From the NCBI RefSeq assembly GCF_037042905.1, contig NC_087263.1, forward strand, positions 8,620,001 to 8,680,000: DNA of 60,000 nt, written 5' to 3'. Origin of the DNA: Lytechinus pictus (lineage: Eukaryota). Position numbers and translations under genes: made by a program. The notes below the pieces were generated by a model. It was given only the letters and a program-made list of their open reading frames with translations, ran no database searches and was not told the DNA's origin. This document shows, piece after piece, positions 1 through 14,175 of the stretch (positions within the stretch are counted from its first letter, which is position 1; every line of letters begins with the position of its first letter).

Positions 1-1559
1 GAGCCCAAGGTTATTAACAGCGTGGCTAAATTATGGGTGTTTTTCTTACAGCAATATGAATTACCTTGTCGTCAGGTGTTAGGCCGATTCGAGGGTCTTA
101 TCACGTCACCAGAATTTGTTTGATCAACTAATATGCTTGTTAAATATGAGCGTTCTAACTATTTTATTTGGTGAAAATGAAATTACACGTAACTAATACG
201 AATTGAGATTCTTTACCTACACTCGCAGAGAATGATTTACCAACCTATGGTTACCTAAGGTTAAAATACGAACCTACCAATTTGTTGGTTAAAACAAACA
301 CGCATGTACAATGAATTCGGATTTTTAAACTACACTCGGTGAATGTTTTACCAACCTATAACATGATTTGAACAAAAGAAAACAAAAACATGCAAAGCAT
401 GCAAAGTGATATGTTTCTTTTAATATCCTACAGTTCTTAGATTAGATTTTTTTAAATATTTTGTTTTAAGCTGAGCCGACATTTGATGCAGCAAATTTTT
501 CTTCTATAAAAGTAGTGCCTAACAACTTAATCACCAGATAATAAAATACAACAGCAAAAGCCAATTAACAGTAACTGATCCACATTCAATAAACATGAAA
601 TGGAAAGCTTTGCCAATTTGTTTTTCGAAATGAAAGATTGACGTCAGCCACATGAAATATACATGCGTATATAATTTAATAATTAATCGGGAAAAACACA
701 AAGGGTAATTTTGAAGTCTGGGCACACAATCAAGTAATGAATTCCATATCGAAATTGCTTTCTGTTTCCCGCCCTGCATGAAATATTCATGAAATCATGT
801 CGCATGTAACGTGTGATGTACCACTTTGTCTTTTGGTGTATGAATACTTGATAAGAGTGTATTATTCACTATTCCCTGGGTATGTATGATGGGCCATCGC
901 TTTGCCTCAATCGTGCAAAACAGCTTTCAAATTCACGTTGTCATCATTACCTCGATTGCGAAGAAAAGGGTACTAAGAGGAATGAAAGAAAAAAAAAATG
1001 TTTGTTGTTAATTCATGTACTTAGTGTTTTGAAATGTAATGACGCAAAGCTTAAGCATTTAGCCTTTTTTTTTTACTAAATTGAAATGTTTGATCGTTAT
1101 TTCTAGCATTCGTTTTTCATTCGGGCGAGACACGGAATTGCCAAATGGCAGTACTTTGCTTTCCAAGGCTTTTTATACGGTTTTGAATGGAGATTGTGGG
1201 AGCTGGACTATGGGTATAAATGTGTAGGTATATGAAGAGGCGGATTTTTTTATTTTAGGGGGGGGGGGGCTACAAGCCTACATTTCCCCAACGTACACAA
1301 CCACAATATCTCATGCATTTGCCCCGCCATTCCTGATGCATATTTCATGGTGTTTGATTAGATCAAAATGTCAACATAGTTCCTCATTCCCCTTGATGAA
1401 AGTAAGGATAAATCTTCCTAATAGAGATGCTCATTTGGGATGTCTCTATAGCCACCTTGACATGGTATGCGTGTTCCGACTTTTCGTTGTTTCTTAAGGT
1501 GCTATACAACTGTGGCAAGGATAATATTGCACACGGTAACACTAACCATAATGGTTATT

Positions 1560-1808
1560 ATATTATAATAAAAATATTGGCGATGACGCAATTTTAATGT
1601 AGGAAAAATAAAATGAAATATTGATGATAATGATAATTAACAATATTAGTAATAATCATACAATAATGCATAGGATGATGATGATGATGAAGATGATGAT
1701 GATAATGTCGATAATAATGATAATAATAATAAGAAGAATAAATAATATTAATAATCATCAACATCATCATCATCGTCCTCATCATTATCATCGTAATAAT
1801 GACTATTA
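1560..1808. repeat. Degenerate ATA/ATG/CAT trinucleotide low-complexity tract
   Basis: gatgatgatgatg, aataataat and catcatcat runs. Confidence 0.9.
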
Positions 1809-3387
1809 GTAAACCTCTAACTATACTTCTCAAGTTTATTTTCTGTGCATTTTTTTCAAACACTTTAGGTCTACTCAAAGTCGCTCAGATTGCCTTTTAA
1901 AGACGAGAATCTGAATATGAATATGGGCTTAAAAAACATTTTCCCAACGAAAAGTGAATTGAAATAATACAAAAGAAAGAAATCCGTCTCTTCTGTCATT
2001 ATTGCGGTCTTTGCATTCCACGTATTAACTCGAGTATATACTAAGCCGTTCTAAGATCACTATATATGTATGAGGAATGTTCTTAGTGGTAAAAGAAATA
2101 ATCAAGAAAGTCGAGATTTTCGGTAAAAATATCCACAATGCTTCATCAAAATTCCTTTAGTGGCTGATCTTAGGCGAACGTTGATTAGAAATATTCGATG
2201 TAGGCTACTCGTGTTAATGGATATCAAAGAGGATTAAAGAGTGGTTAAAGCCGCGTTCACCCACGTTTTAATTTTTGTAATCTTTACGACCCCCCCCCCC
2301 TTTCCGGTTATAAGATGCAAAGTTTTCAAGACGCCATGGAATGGAATATCAAACGAAACCAAAATAAAGTTGGCATTTTTTATTATTTTGAAAGAGTTTG
2401 TGCTTTACAGCCCATCTAGTGTCACAAGTCGGGGTACATCTAAGTGCTAATTCAATTAAATTCACTCTTTACATCTTATTTACTGTATTCATGAAAATGA
2501 TATTTAAGATGATTAATTCCTGAAACTATTCCTTTGGTATATAGTCTAAATGATAAATCAGTGTATGTCACTTTAATTACTGTCACTTTAATTACAAAAA
2601 TTGCGAAACCCAGAAGCGCTTGCAAAATCTTTGGTTTTTTTAACTGCTTCTTAATCATAAACAGCTATACAGAAAATAGATATTTGTTTTTTAATGGTAT
2701 AATTGTCCAATGTGTTTTGAAATATGCGTTACCATATGATTGTTAAAATTACCCCCCCCCCCTTCTCATGGTAGATCCAATGAATGTTGACATTAATTTT
2801 TGATCGCACATAAACCATATTCATCAGAATTTTAAAGAAAATCCTCGATAAAAAGTAAAATATAACATCTACATGTATATAAATTAAGCACAAAATGGTA
2901 CATACAGCGCGTCCCCCCCCCAAAAAAAAAAAAAAAATGTCTCTCTGATATTTGGCTGAATTTATTCAAAAACTGAAAATTATTCCCAATAAAGTGTCTG
3001 GTAATAGGAAGCTCATCTCAAGTCCTAACTTCTAAAAAAAAAAAAAAAAAATTATTGGTCTCGCTTCAGCGGTTTTGAATACACAATATATTATGTAACA
3101 ATGGTGCGTTTTAGCCCATTTCAAGTCTTAATGCATGCAGCACTGCATTGCCTAGCATACCAACCCCCTTTGATCATTCAGAATCTGATCAGGGAACTCC
3201 CTGAGCTGACCAGGATATCTCCATGGTCAAACCAGGCTCCTCAAATTACAACCTTGCGCATGTTAAGAAGGGCAACAAGAGTACTTGACAATTCATTTCA
3301 AGTTTGATGTTGGGAGATGCACAATGATAGAGACAAATATGTGTGTTTCATGCCTAATTCCAACAACTTATGCATTCTTTAATTCTA

Positions 3388-3563
3388 TTTTATCATTAAA
3401 TTATTGGGCTCAAATTAATTCTCTTTACCTTTTTTAATACAAAAAAAAAATCGAATTTCACAAGTAATGTTCGCTTTTTATCATTAAATTACTGGGCTCA
3501 AATTAATTCTCTCTACCTTTTTTAATACAAAAAATAATCAATTTTCATAAGTAATGTTCGCTT
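3388..3563 (+). repeat. Tandem duplication, ~88-bp unit x2
   Basis: tttatcattaaatta.tgggctcaaattaattctct...agtaatgttcgcttt occurs twice. Confidence 0.9.
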
Positions 3564-4426
3564 TCGCAAAGTGTGATACACTTGTGGTTGGCTCTTCATT
3601 GTTCAGCTAATTGTACTTGTCCATTATTCATGTTTTATTTCAAGATATTTCACTGATCCCCTATCAATCATAAAAAATTATTTTTTATGGTTATTTCCCT
3701 TCTGCACATGTTAAAGTTAATGATTTGATGAGCCCTGGATTGTACAGGGAAATGTCCCTGCTCAGATCCTGGATGGTAAAGCGGGTGTTAACATGTTAAA
3801 GACAATGCAGAAATACAGCAGTGTTGCAAACTTAGAATGGCCTGAAATGCACCACTGTTGCGTAACAGGGTGTGTATTTAAAACCACTGAAGCGAGACCA
3901 ATGACATTTTCATAGAAGTTAGATTATGAAATGAGCTTTCTATTTATATACCTTTAATTGAAAATACTACCACCTTTTGGAAATAATTCAGCCCTATGTC
4001 AGAGCGACATTTTTTTTTTTTTTTTTGGGGGGACAGGCTGTATTGTATCAACGTAAACGGTCTCGTGCGCATCCCAAAACATACACTGGCGTTTTTAACT
4101 TGCACGTGATCCCCCGGCCTCAAAGCATTGCCGGTATACATGCACACCTCGTGCAACGCAACGTGTTACTAGTGTGTCATAAAATGACCATATCTCTTTC
4201 ATACTGCCGTTTGGGGACAATTAATATTAATCTTACTTTATCCCCACTTGGATATGGCTTTGACGTTGACGGTGTTTATATATATATATATAATATATAT
4301 ATATATCATGTATTCTTTTTTTTTCTTGTTGCATTATTAAAGCCTTCTTTGACAGATGTCGGTCGTTACAATATAGTTTGGTATATTTGTAATCAAGAAA
4401 TAGGAGGCCATGTGAAATGTGAGAAT

Positions 4427-5204
4427 AGGCCCTATTCTTAATAGCTTGGAACATATCGTAAGGAATAAAAAGCCTTCGATGGGTCTGACGTGACATATGG
4501 GACCTTATTGATGCAAAAAAAAAATTTTGTCGTAGAATTTGACATAAAAGTCCTAAAAATAACAAAATATTCCACCCTCTTTTCCTTTCCTTTCTTGTTT
4601 ACCCAGCCATGGCGTAATTTCCTTCGGCAAGAAATTTATCCACATTGTGCCGCACTCGACCCAGGTGAGGTGAATGGGTACCCGGTAGGATTTATTCCTT
4701 GAACGCTTTAGCGCCTATTAATATGGCGGCTCAGCTACAGCCGGGGTAATACCAAGTATCAAAGCGCAGTTGAGTTTATGCACATAGTAACTGCGCTATA
4801 TAATGGACATATTATTATTATTACCCCATTGTTTCTTTGGCGTGGAAATTTTGGCGGATCTGTGACCAACGAGCCCTACCCCTATGTGTACGCCAGTAAA
4901 AATGGAGCAACTAGTGAGGAGGCCCTATTCCAAATAGCTTGGAACATATCGTTAGGAACAAAAAGCCTTTGAGGGGTCTGACGTGGCATATGGGACGTTT
5001 TTTTATGCAAAAATCTTTTTTGTCGTAGAATTTGACATAAAAGTCATAAAAATAACATTATATTTCACCCCCTTTTCCTTTCCTTTCCTTTCCTTTCCTT
5101 TCTTGTTTTCCCTTGTTTCTTTGGCGTGGAAATTTTGGCGGATCTGTGGCCACCGAGCCCTACCTCCATGTGTACGCCGGTGAAATGGAGCGACTAGTGA
5201 GGAG
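4427..5204 (+). repeat. Tandem duplication of a ~280-bp unit; first copy interrupted by a SINE
   Basis: aggccctattc..aatagcttggaacatatcg...actagtgaggagg at ~4427-4919 (minus the SINE) and ~4920-5204. Confidence 0.88.
4602..4822 (+). mobile_element. 5'-truncated SINE (body plus ATT tail)
   Basis: Shares the aaatttatccacattgtgc...acccaggtgaggt.aatgggtacc core with the SINE at 26066; ends in gcgctatataa...attattattatt. Confidence 0.85.
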
Positions 5205-5362
5205 GGGGGTATATTTTGAAAGCTGACTTTTGTACAGTGATGACGAAGATAAGAGGGGTGGGAGGTTTGGTTGAGGTTGCGTGTGTGTGTGTGTATGTGA
5301 GAGAGAGAAGCTGAGATGGGGGAGGTAACACAGAGATAGAGAGTGACATTTTATTGGAAATG

Positions 5363-5604
5363 CATTGCAAAAACTCCGGTGGTGATTTAACACCAGTCCG
5401 GAATCTATATATGTCCACACCAGAGAAGTATTGAAACAACACCAGGTTGGAATCAAACCGATGCTGTTTTAATACTAATTGGTGTTGTATAAACACCTAT
5501 CTGGTGTTACACCAAAACAAAACTGGTGTTGTTCAACACTTCTCTGGTGTGGACATATATAGATTCCGGGCTGGTGTTAAATCAACACCAGAGTTTTTGC
5601 AGTG
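5363..5604. mobile_element. CACTG-ended palindromic MITE (EnSpm/CACTA-like), TSD TG
   Basis: Long TIRs CA(T)TGCAAAAACTCCGG...GAGTTTTTGCAGTG flanked by TG/TG; four copies in the window. Confidence 0.88.
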
Positions 5605-5605
5605 T

Positions 5606-5751
5606 GGTACCCATTTCATGAAACCTGTTATTATAACGAATTCGCCATAGCAGATTTCAGCTACTGCAATCGATTTGATTGGCTGATAGTAAACTTGTGA
5701 ATAGAAGGTGAGCATTTCTTATTGTAACATTTTTTTTATGAAACGCGACCC
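5606..5751. mobile_element. Degenerate short TIR element (TTTCATGAAA family, Harbinger-like)
   Basis: ggtacccatttcatgaaa...tttatgaaacgcgaccc with an internal gattggctga. Confidence 0.55.
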
Positions 5752-8700
5752 TTGCCTCTACGAAATCGAGAATTGGTCTATAGCTTTCGTGCGATCTAAG
5801 GAAGATCTGAACACACCTCTCTTCCCTACGCATCGTTATAAACATTTGTTTCTATTATTGGCATTGATAGAAAAGGCGACTAAAGCTTAGGGACCACCTG
5901 TCCAACTAATCAACCATCATGTCACATTCTGTTCTCACGACATCGCCCACTTTCCTATATTTTGTATGTTTTTCATTACGTCCGGATGAAAAAGGCCTCT
6001 CGTACTCTAGAGAGAGATAAAGAGAATATGGTATATATATATACATGTATATATTCAAATAGAGAGGATGAGTAACATTTCACTCGGCTTTTATTTTCTT
6101 TTGAATGTATATATTCCACTTTCAGTATTTGTATCTATATAATGCGAAAAGCTTTTCTTATGCCCTCTCCTTGCATTTTCTTTTTGAATATGTGATTTTT
6201 TTTCTCAGTATCTGTACTTAGTTGAATTGCCTCTACATATCTGTCTTCCTCTTCATTAAAAATGTCCCAGATATGAACACACATAAAATAAACCGTTTTT
6301 ATGATATTTCTGCTCATGTTCTACCGTTCTTTATGTCCTTTTATTCGAATGCACAATGACAAATATGGCAAATTATGATGCTCATGTATTTACTAATGTC
6401 GATGACACAACACTAAAAATGATTATGGCTGAAAAAAATAAAATTTTGAGGAAATATTAGTGAATAAATAACAATAACGATAAATGATGAATGAATGAAC
6501 GAATGAATGAATGAATGAATAAAATGAATGAATTCATATCAATTACATTTTAAAAAATGAAAATAGAATGTTGCTTTCGAAAGACTCCGATTATCTGGTT
6601 ACTTTTTCTTTGAATTAAGATTGCTTTTTCGATGACTGCTTTTGCAAACCTATAAAAGACTAAACATCCCTCCCTGAACATTCTTCAAGTCAGTCGTGAG
6701 GATAGCTCCTGGCGAATCCATTCTCCCGAGTATCTGATTTTTCCGACCCCTGCTGGTTTCAAACCAAACGGTTGAACTAAATTGGTGGCATTTAACGCCA
6801 GCTTTGAAAACATTCGGAGTGGTTTGCCAACCGCCGGGAATCGAAATTTCTAATTTCGTGCCTCGTGGCATTCTCAGCCCTGGCGCGTGAGTGTGTATTG
6901 AAAGTGCACCCTTTCCCGCCAATAGGATAATGAGCAAAACAAAATGAGCAGGCGCAACAAAGAGTGTGTGTGATTAAAAACCTCTTAATTCTTGAGCAAT
7001 CGAAAAGAATCAGCAGAAATTTAGACCATCCGAAATAAAAAAAACTTTATAGTTTGTAATACATTTTGACATAACTTTTTAATTTAGAAAACAGGACCAT
7101 ATCTTACTTTATTCTAAGCTTTTATATCTTTTGGTCTTTTAATTTCTTGGTTGCGGAACCTTTTTAAGGAGGGGGGGGGCATCTGTACGCCAGTGTGGTC
7201 AACTGTTCTGATGACAATTCACATTAGGGTGTTTGTGCTTCTTCGGAGTCTTCAGAGATTGTGATGGCAATATTCATATTAAAATACAAAATTCGAATCA
7301 AATCTATCCAATTCACAGAGTGAATTTAAATCTACCATGCTAAAAATTGCAAACAGATAATTGGAATATAAAGTTAAATTTACCATAGCATAAAGGTCAT
7401 TTAATTCGTACAATTTTAAGATCAAGTCTAACACAAAAGTTGAAGTAAGTTTTTGTAGTTACTGCATTGTTTTCCAGGTGACTTCATATCAAAATATTAA
7501 ACGTTACATTTCTTTCAAAGTTATGTAAAAAAACCTGACAATTACGAAGAGAGAGAGTGAAAACTGTTCAACATATGCACAGAAATAAAGTAAATGTATG
7601 TGCCCAGTTGATTGTATACCTTATGGGTAATAAATTACATTTTAGACGCGTGATCCTGACTTTGAAAATGTCGAGTTTTTTTAATTATTGTGCGTTTTTC
7701 TTCAATCCATGCATATAGAAAAGGGCAGGAGATAACGGAACAAGCGTTTAAATAATAATTGACGGCGTTAGTTTTCACGCTTATATGCCTTGTCAGGTAT
7801 TCATATATTCAAACGGAGACAATTAATGTGGTGAGCCCTCTCGCACCTTTGCAGGGAGTCGGGGACAGCGAAAAGGGCTCATGTGACGTCATTGGGCCCC
7901 TGTGAAAATATGAAGTAATAATTCATAATTTCACGAGGCAAGCTGGTAAAGAAAACAAGGTGGTAAAACTCGCGGTAGAACCCTCTTCCTTGATCGGTTT
8001 GCTGGTGAATATTGAAGAGGTTCATGTTTTGGTCATGGTCAGGGAGGGAGGGATAGAAGGGGGAGGAAGGGGGGGGGGAGAAACTACACATCCCAAAGAC
8101 AATCACCGTCAATCAGTACCGTAATGACCCAAACATTTTGAGGGGCTCAGATAAGGCGAATGGGGCAAAACTACTAAAAAGCTGTGAGCGAGGGAAGCGA
8201 GCGAGGTATTATTTTGGAGGGTTTTCAAAACCAACATAAAAAAAAATTACATAACATTCAGAAAAGAGTTTATATTTTACCTCTTTTTTTCTTCTTTTAC
8301 TTGCTTTTCTCATTGTTTTTTCTAATTGGGGGGGGGGGGTCCATGGCCCCCGAAGCCCTACCCCCCCCCCTCTGTAAGCTACTGCCTTCTCTCATCCTCA
8401 TTGTCACCCACACTACCAAATCCTCGCCCATTCCTCCCAGGCATTCACATACACACACACGTACATGCCCATACACACCCAGACACGCACACGCAGACAC
8501 ACCCTAACACACGTTTCACTCACATATCATTCCCAAGTTTGCCATGTCAAAATCCTCACACATCACCACCGACAGACAGACAGACAGTCTGCAATACATA
8601 GCACTTACGTCATTTCGCAAGGGCCCTTATCTTTGTTTCACTGTTCTAATCAAAATAATGAACTCTTGGGAGTCTTGTACTTAAAGTTTCTTATGTAATA

Positions 8701-8845
8701 TGTCCTTAAATGTTCTTTTTAAATATACGATGTTTTATGGATATTCTTTTTCTTTTTAATGTTTATCACATTGTTTATATTTTGTTCTTTGATTTCATTT
8801 ATTGAATTGTTTTTTTATTTTTTATTTCATTTTATTTATGATGAT

Positions 8846-8876
<31 letters not shown>

Positions 8877-9829
8877 TTAATAATACTAGTAATAATAAAA
8901 TAATGATAATAATGGTAATGATAGTCATTATTATTATTTTCATCATTAATTTTATTATAATTTTTTACCTTTTTTTTGGGGGGGGGGCTCTTTAGAGGAG
9001 TCAACGTTCCGTTGGCTTGAGGTACATGTTGTCAATAGTTACCCAATGATTTATTTTAATGCGTTTATGTATCACGTTCTAAACCTTTTAGAAATAATTA
9101 ATCAATGTAAAATCGAGGGAGAAGGCTGTTGTAGGAAAGTAGTGCAGGTCAGTATTCATATTTTGATTTATTTCTAAGGAAGCCTAAAAGCTCATGAAAT
9201 GACGTAAATAGCATCCATTGAATCTACCCTAAACGGTTTCATCAATCATACAGAAAGAAAATTCATTAGAGAAACATGCATTGACGGTGAAGAGCAAAGC
9301 TATGCATAAACATGGTAAAGGTGTGATTGATGACTTTAAATGGAAAATTGATGTGAACGTTATTACCACGCTCGTTTCTTGGAGAGGAATAGCTATTTCA
9401 ACGAGCTCTCTTCCGTAAAATATGCTTTTGAAACTAATTCTGACGACATTAGCTGTTATGGGGTTTGTTTGGAAATACATGTATATGACGACTTGTTTTG
9501 AAAAGTTTCTCATTTGCTTGATTTTCACGGCACACCTTAATTTTTGTCAAATTTGTATAGCTGCTGACTCGTTGTAATAAACATGTATTATCAAGAGCGC
9601 GCGTGACGTGCACGCATTATTACGAGCATGATGATGATTCTATTCAACACCGATAACGGTTCAGAGATGATGTCTTGCCATTGAATTTCTGTTAAAAAGA
9701 CTGGAGGTTGTATAGGCTAAAAACATTAAAGTAGGGTATAAAATATGTGAAAAGAGTGATCAGAAGGGGAATAAGAAAGGAAAATATATTAGAGGAAATG
9801 AATCGATAAACTGAGTATACGGACAAGAG

Positions 9830-10420
9830 TAATGGAGAGAAAAAAAAGGAGAAGTAGGAGTAGGAGTTGAACGAAAACATATTAATAAGAAAATAAAAGA
9901 GAACGAGAAGAAAACAAGAAGGAGAACAATAGCAACAACAAGATTAAGAAGAGGAAGAAGAAGAAGAAGCAAAAGAACAACACGAAGAAGGAGAACATGA
10001 AAAAAAGGGAAAGAAGAAGAACAAAAGAAGAACGAGAAGAAGGAAGAGGGGAAGACGAAGACCTTTTTTTAATCTTTGAAGTGAGAATTCATTTACAATC
10101 AAAATTTTAAAAATAAAATTGTGTAATCAATGATGCACCTTGCACTGACGGTGATCGTATTTCAACCATTGTTATAGAGAAAAGAAAAAAAATAGAAGGA
10201 GAAGACGAAGTAACAAAAGAAGAAGAAGAACAACAACAACATCAAGGAGATGGAGAAGGAGGAGGAGGAGAAGAAATAGAAGAAGTAGAAAATGCAGCAG
10301 CAGCAGAAGAAGAAGCAAAAGAATAAGAAGAGGAAAGAAGAAGATGAAGAGCAATACATTGAGAAGAACAAAAGTAAAATTAAAAGAAGGGAGAATAAAG
10401 AAGAACAGGAATAAATAGTC
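9830..10420 (+). repeat. Purine-rich GAA/GGA low-complexity region
   Basis: agaagaagaag/ggaggag tracts that explain the poly-Leu/Phe ORFs on the minus strand. Confidence 0.9.
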
Positions 10421-13400
10421 AATGGAATGATTTATATTGTTTTACTTTGCGCTGTGCATTTTTGATTACTTACGGCTAGTTCAACTACAAAATAATCGCA
10501 TTTCTGTGAAATTGGCAATGACCTGAATTCTGATTCAGTTAATCATCATTGCAGAAAAAAGGGCATTTACGGATCAAAAGGACTGATTAACAAGTTAATC
10601 AAAAGACCTTCCCCGTGCGAGATATATCACTGAGGCCTTGACATTTTTTCCTCTCTGTTTTGCTTCTCACAGCCTTCATTCATATTACACGTGTACATTC
10701 GTCTCCCGTGCATTTAAATTAACTTAAAGCAATGTTGCCGAAGTGGTGTGGGCGGTTTTGCGTGGGCAGCGTAAGGCAGGGGATTTGCTCAAACTGAAGC
10801 TATCTGGACATGCTGAAAGCGATATTGACCGTAATAGGCTTCAGAGAGCCATCTAGGACGAAGTAAAGACAGTAATACATTTCAAAGACGAGACGAGAAA
10901 GAAATAACGAAATTGATCGCTTGATTATAAGAAAGTGATAGCTGGCCGCTCGTGGTGATTGTGTTATGACGGGCTGTGACGTGATAACCCGGCTATGGAG
11001 GTCTATCGAATTCAGAGGGCGGTTACCTTAAGTCACTGTAATAAAAAAGTACGTTGTAATGTTATCTTTATGCCGGTAATAAAAAACAAAACCCTAGGCA
11101 GCTTTTCGTCCGACCCCCCCCCCCTTGATATTAATTGCAAAAGCTAATATTGCATATCGTAGTAAATGGAACGTTAGTTCTGTGGCGTAACAATGTATCA
11201 GGTAAAGGGGATTTTGATGCTGTTTGTGCAGAAACAAACTGCAGATAGAACATGAAAATGGAGGGCCCAACTTCTCCTCATTATCCTGTCCTTGTACATG
11301 GTGTAGGGGGACAGTCTGGTCTGCCGTTTTTTTTAACGAAACCAGGAGGCTAGTGACCTTTGCTTAATAGGCAATAATCCTCATTACCAGGTTCGTCAAC
11401 AAGTAACCATTAAAGCTTATCCCGGTGATGTTTTTTGTACACACAGTCATGCACGTTGTCATCCAGTTAAGTTCATATGTTGAATACTTTATCATCTTAT
11501 TCCCACACGGGCTTTTCGGGACATGCGAAAAAGCTTCATGGCTTAAAGGAACTAACGGATTATTCCTCAAACCCGAGCGATGACATCTCTTGAGGGACAA
11601 TGAGTTATTAATTACCTAAACGTCTTGTTTGAAATGCGTTATTCTTGTATTGTAGACTGAATATACAATTGTTTCATTGGTTTATATTTCCTGAAAAAAA
11701 ACCCAGTTCGAATCATCTGCAAATAATTTGATAAAAGGACGAAAATCAATTGAAATTTAGTAATTGAACAGAAAAAGTATTGGTCCTTACTCTAATCCCT
11801 GTGGAACGCCACACCAGAATTCTACTTTGCGGAAGGCTATTTCTACACAATGAACATTTGGATTCTTTTGAAGCAGATCTTTATTTAAATCATCACACAA
11901 CATCGTAGGAAGAACCCTAATTCCCACTTCCTTTTCTGCCGCCCCTGCTACTACACTATTCTATTCAATCGAAACAATAAACTGGGAAAAATCATGCTCC
12001 ATGGTCACATCCTAATTCTTTCAAAAATAAAAACGACTTGACTGTCACTGGTAAAGGGGAATTCCACCCAGAAGTGAAGTCCAATCTCAACCATAATTGG
12101 TTGAAAAATATGAAAATCTATCAATTATCTAGTTATATATGGTAATCATTATGATCTCGCCATGGTTATTTGATAATTTTCTAAATAAATTATGTTTACA
12201 ATAATGAGTCATGTTCGCTATTTTCTTGCTGACCGAACGACCGAATACATTAACAATTTTGTAATACTGCTATTTCTGGAAATGGCTATTGGATGGCATG
12301 TAGGCCTAAACTAATACACTGCGGGGATATTGGCTTCATCTATATATATACCTTTTTTCATTTGAATTCAGGATTGTCATTTTATGGTAGGAGGCTTATC
12401 ATGGATGGCGATATCTGCCAATAATCAATTACTCATGCCAAAGCAAGAACTCATTGCTTTTTGCCGTCAGGTTACCATGACGACTATGTGTCATCGGTGG
12501 TTTGAGCTTTCGAACACACCGCCTTGATATGGGAGGATGATATTGGAAACATTCATAATAATGGATAATAAAGCGGGCACACGTGACGAGTTTGTCGCTA
12601 TCTTCATTAAAATTGGTCAGTGCATTTTCTTTCTCCGGGGAGAGGCTGTCTTGGGTTTGAGATCGCGTGCTTTGCCTTCATATCCGAGGGCCATGGGAGG
12701 GGGGGGGGGTGAGAAAGACACACGGAGAGCGGGGTGGTGGGTAAGATGGATGGAGTTGAAATTGAAATATATCTGAAATCAAATCAGGTTTGCTATAGCA
12801 GGGGAAAGTTTCAGCAGATTGAATTTGACTAGTCAAGTTAATATCACATTCAGAGTTGAGTGTGTTATGGCATATCAGCGCAGTTACGGCATTTGTCGGA
12901 TTATCTGTAGGGAGCGGGTTCCATTTGGGTAATCTCACGTGTCTACTATGCAGATAAAGTGGTCAAGCCAAATTGATTGTTAATCCCTAACACTGATTAT
13001 CGAATAGGAAATGGTTTGAAATAAAAAACACGAATCTAAACCATTCCGATGTAAATGATAATGTCATCCTGATCTAAATTATACTTGAATCATGTCTGTA
13101 TACTATTTGAATCCCTTATTCTTCAATAAAGGAAACACGTGGAGGCAGTGTCGTTATAAGCCCATCATAATGCGTGGGCCATACATGGCAAATTGGCCAG
13201 AATTTCGAAAAGACTGCGAGCTAGCGAAGCAAGGAACAATAATGATTAGCCAAAACAAAATTTTTGAATATATTGTGACATAATATTCAGCAAATATATC
13301 ATCCTTTTACTTTCATTTTTTTTTATTGGTCGTGATTTTGTTTGTTTATTTATCTTTCTATTTCATAGTGATTTATTTTTTATTAAGGTGCTATGGAAAT

Positions 13401-13560
13401 TGTTTTTTTAAACAAAGTAGATGCGAAATTGACTGCTCTCAACTTTCATTATTCATTTATCTTTAATAAACACCGTGGCAATTCATTATCAGGGAATCGC
13501 TAACAATTCACTGACTTATCAAATGCTAGAACGCGATGGCAGCAAACAAGTATTTGTCTA

Positions 13561-13811
13561 CACTGTAAAAAATATTGGGTAAAATTTTAACCAGCACGAG
13601 GGTAATTGTGTGTCTAATCAATTTGGGACAGTATTTTACCAAATGCAGGAAGCATATTGTCCAGTAAGGTTAAAAAATAAGCAGCAATTACTTTTGAATG
13701 GGCAATTTTTTATCACACTGGATAGATGAAAATGCCCAAAAGAAATGCCCGATGTTGGTTTAACACATAATTACCCTCATGGAGCATTTTTATCCAATAT
13801 TTTTTAGAGTG
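13561..13811. mobile_element. CACTG-ended MITE, second family, TSD TA
   Basis: TA-CACTGTAAAAAATATTGGGTAAAA...TTTTATCCAATATTTTTTAGAGTG-TA. Confidence 0.85.
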
Positions 13812-14175
13812 TATGGAACCTCTAATGCGATATCGAAATTTTATGAATAATTTTTTATACAAATAACGTGGAAAAAATCCAAATAGGCCAGGGAGTTGGG
13901 AGAGACTCCCTGAATGTACCATTATTAGGCTGATTGTTGCGACACCACTGGATAACACTCAAGTCCCCACCACATCCACTCCTTGCGATGCTCGACTGCG
14001 TCTCGCTTTCAACATTTTGTTCAATCATGTGACATCATTCACATTGTGTTACGATACTGCGACAAATAACAATGAAAATTAAGTTTTTAATTTGATTTCC
14101 TTTTTTTTTATTACAGGAAATACATGTACATCAATCAACAAAAATAAAAAACAAAACATCTTACATGTCATGAAC

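Noticed and set aside
1594..1878. Poly-Met/Ile/His/Leu ORFs (also 8759, 9760-10422, 26080-26580, 27392, 35436, 36590, 39650)
   Set aside because: These are translations of microsatellites or low-complexity DNA
3170..3330. Coding-looking higher-GC segment
   Set aside because: No recognisable protein motif; not assignable without a search
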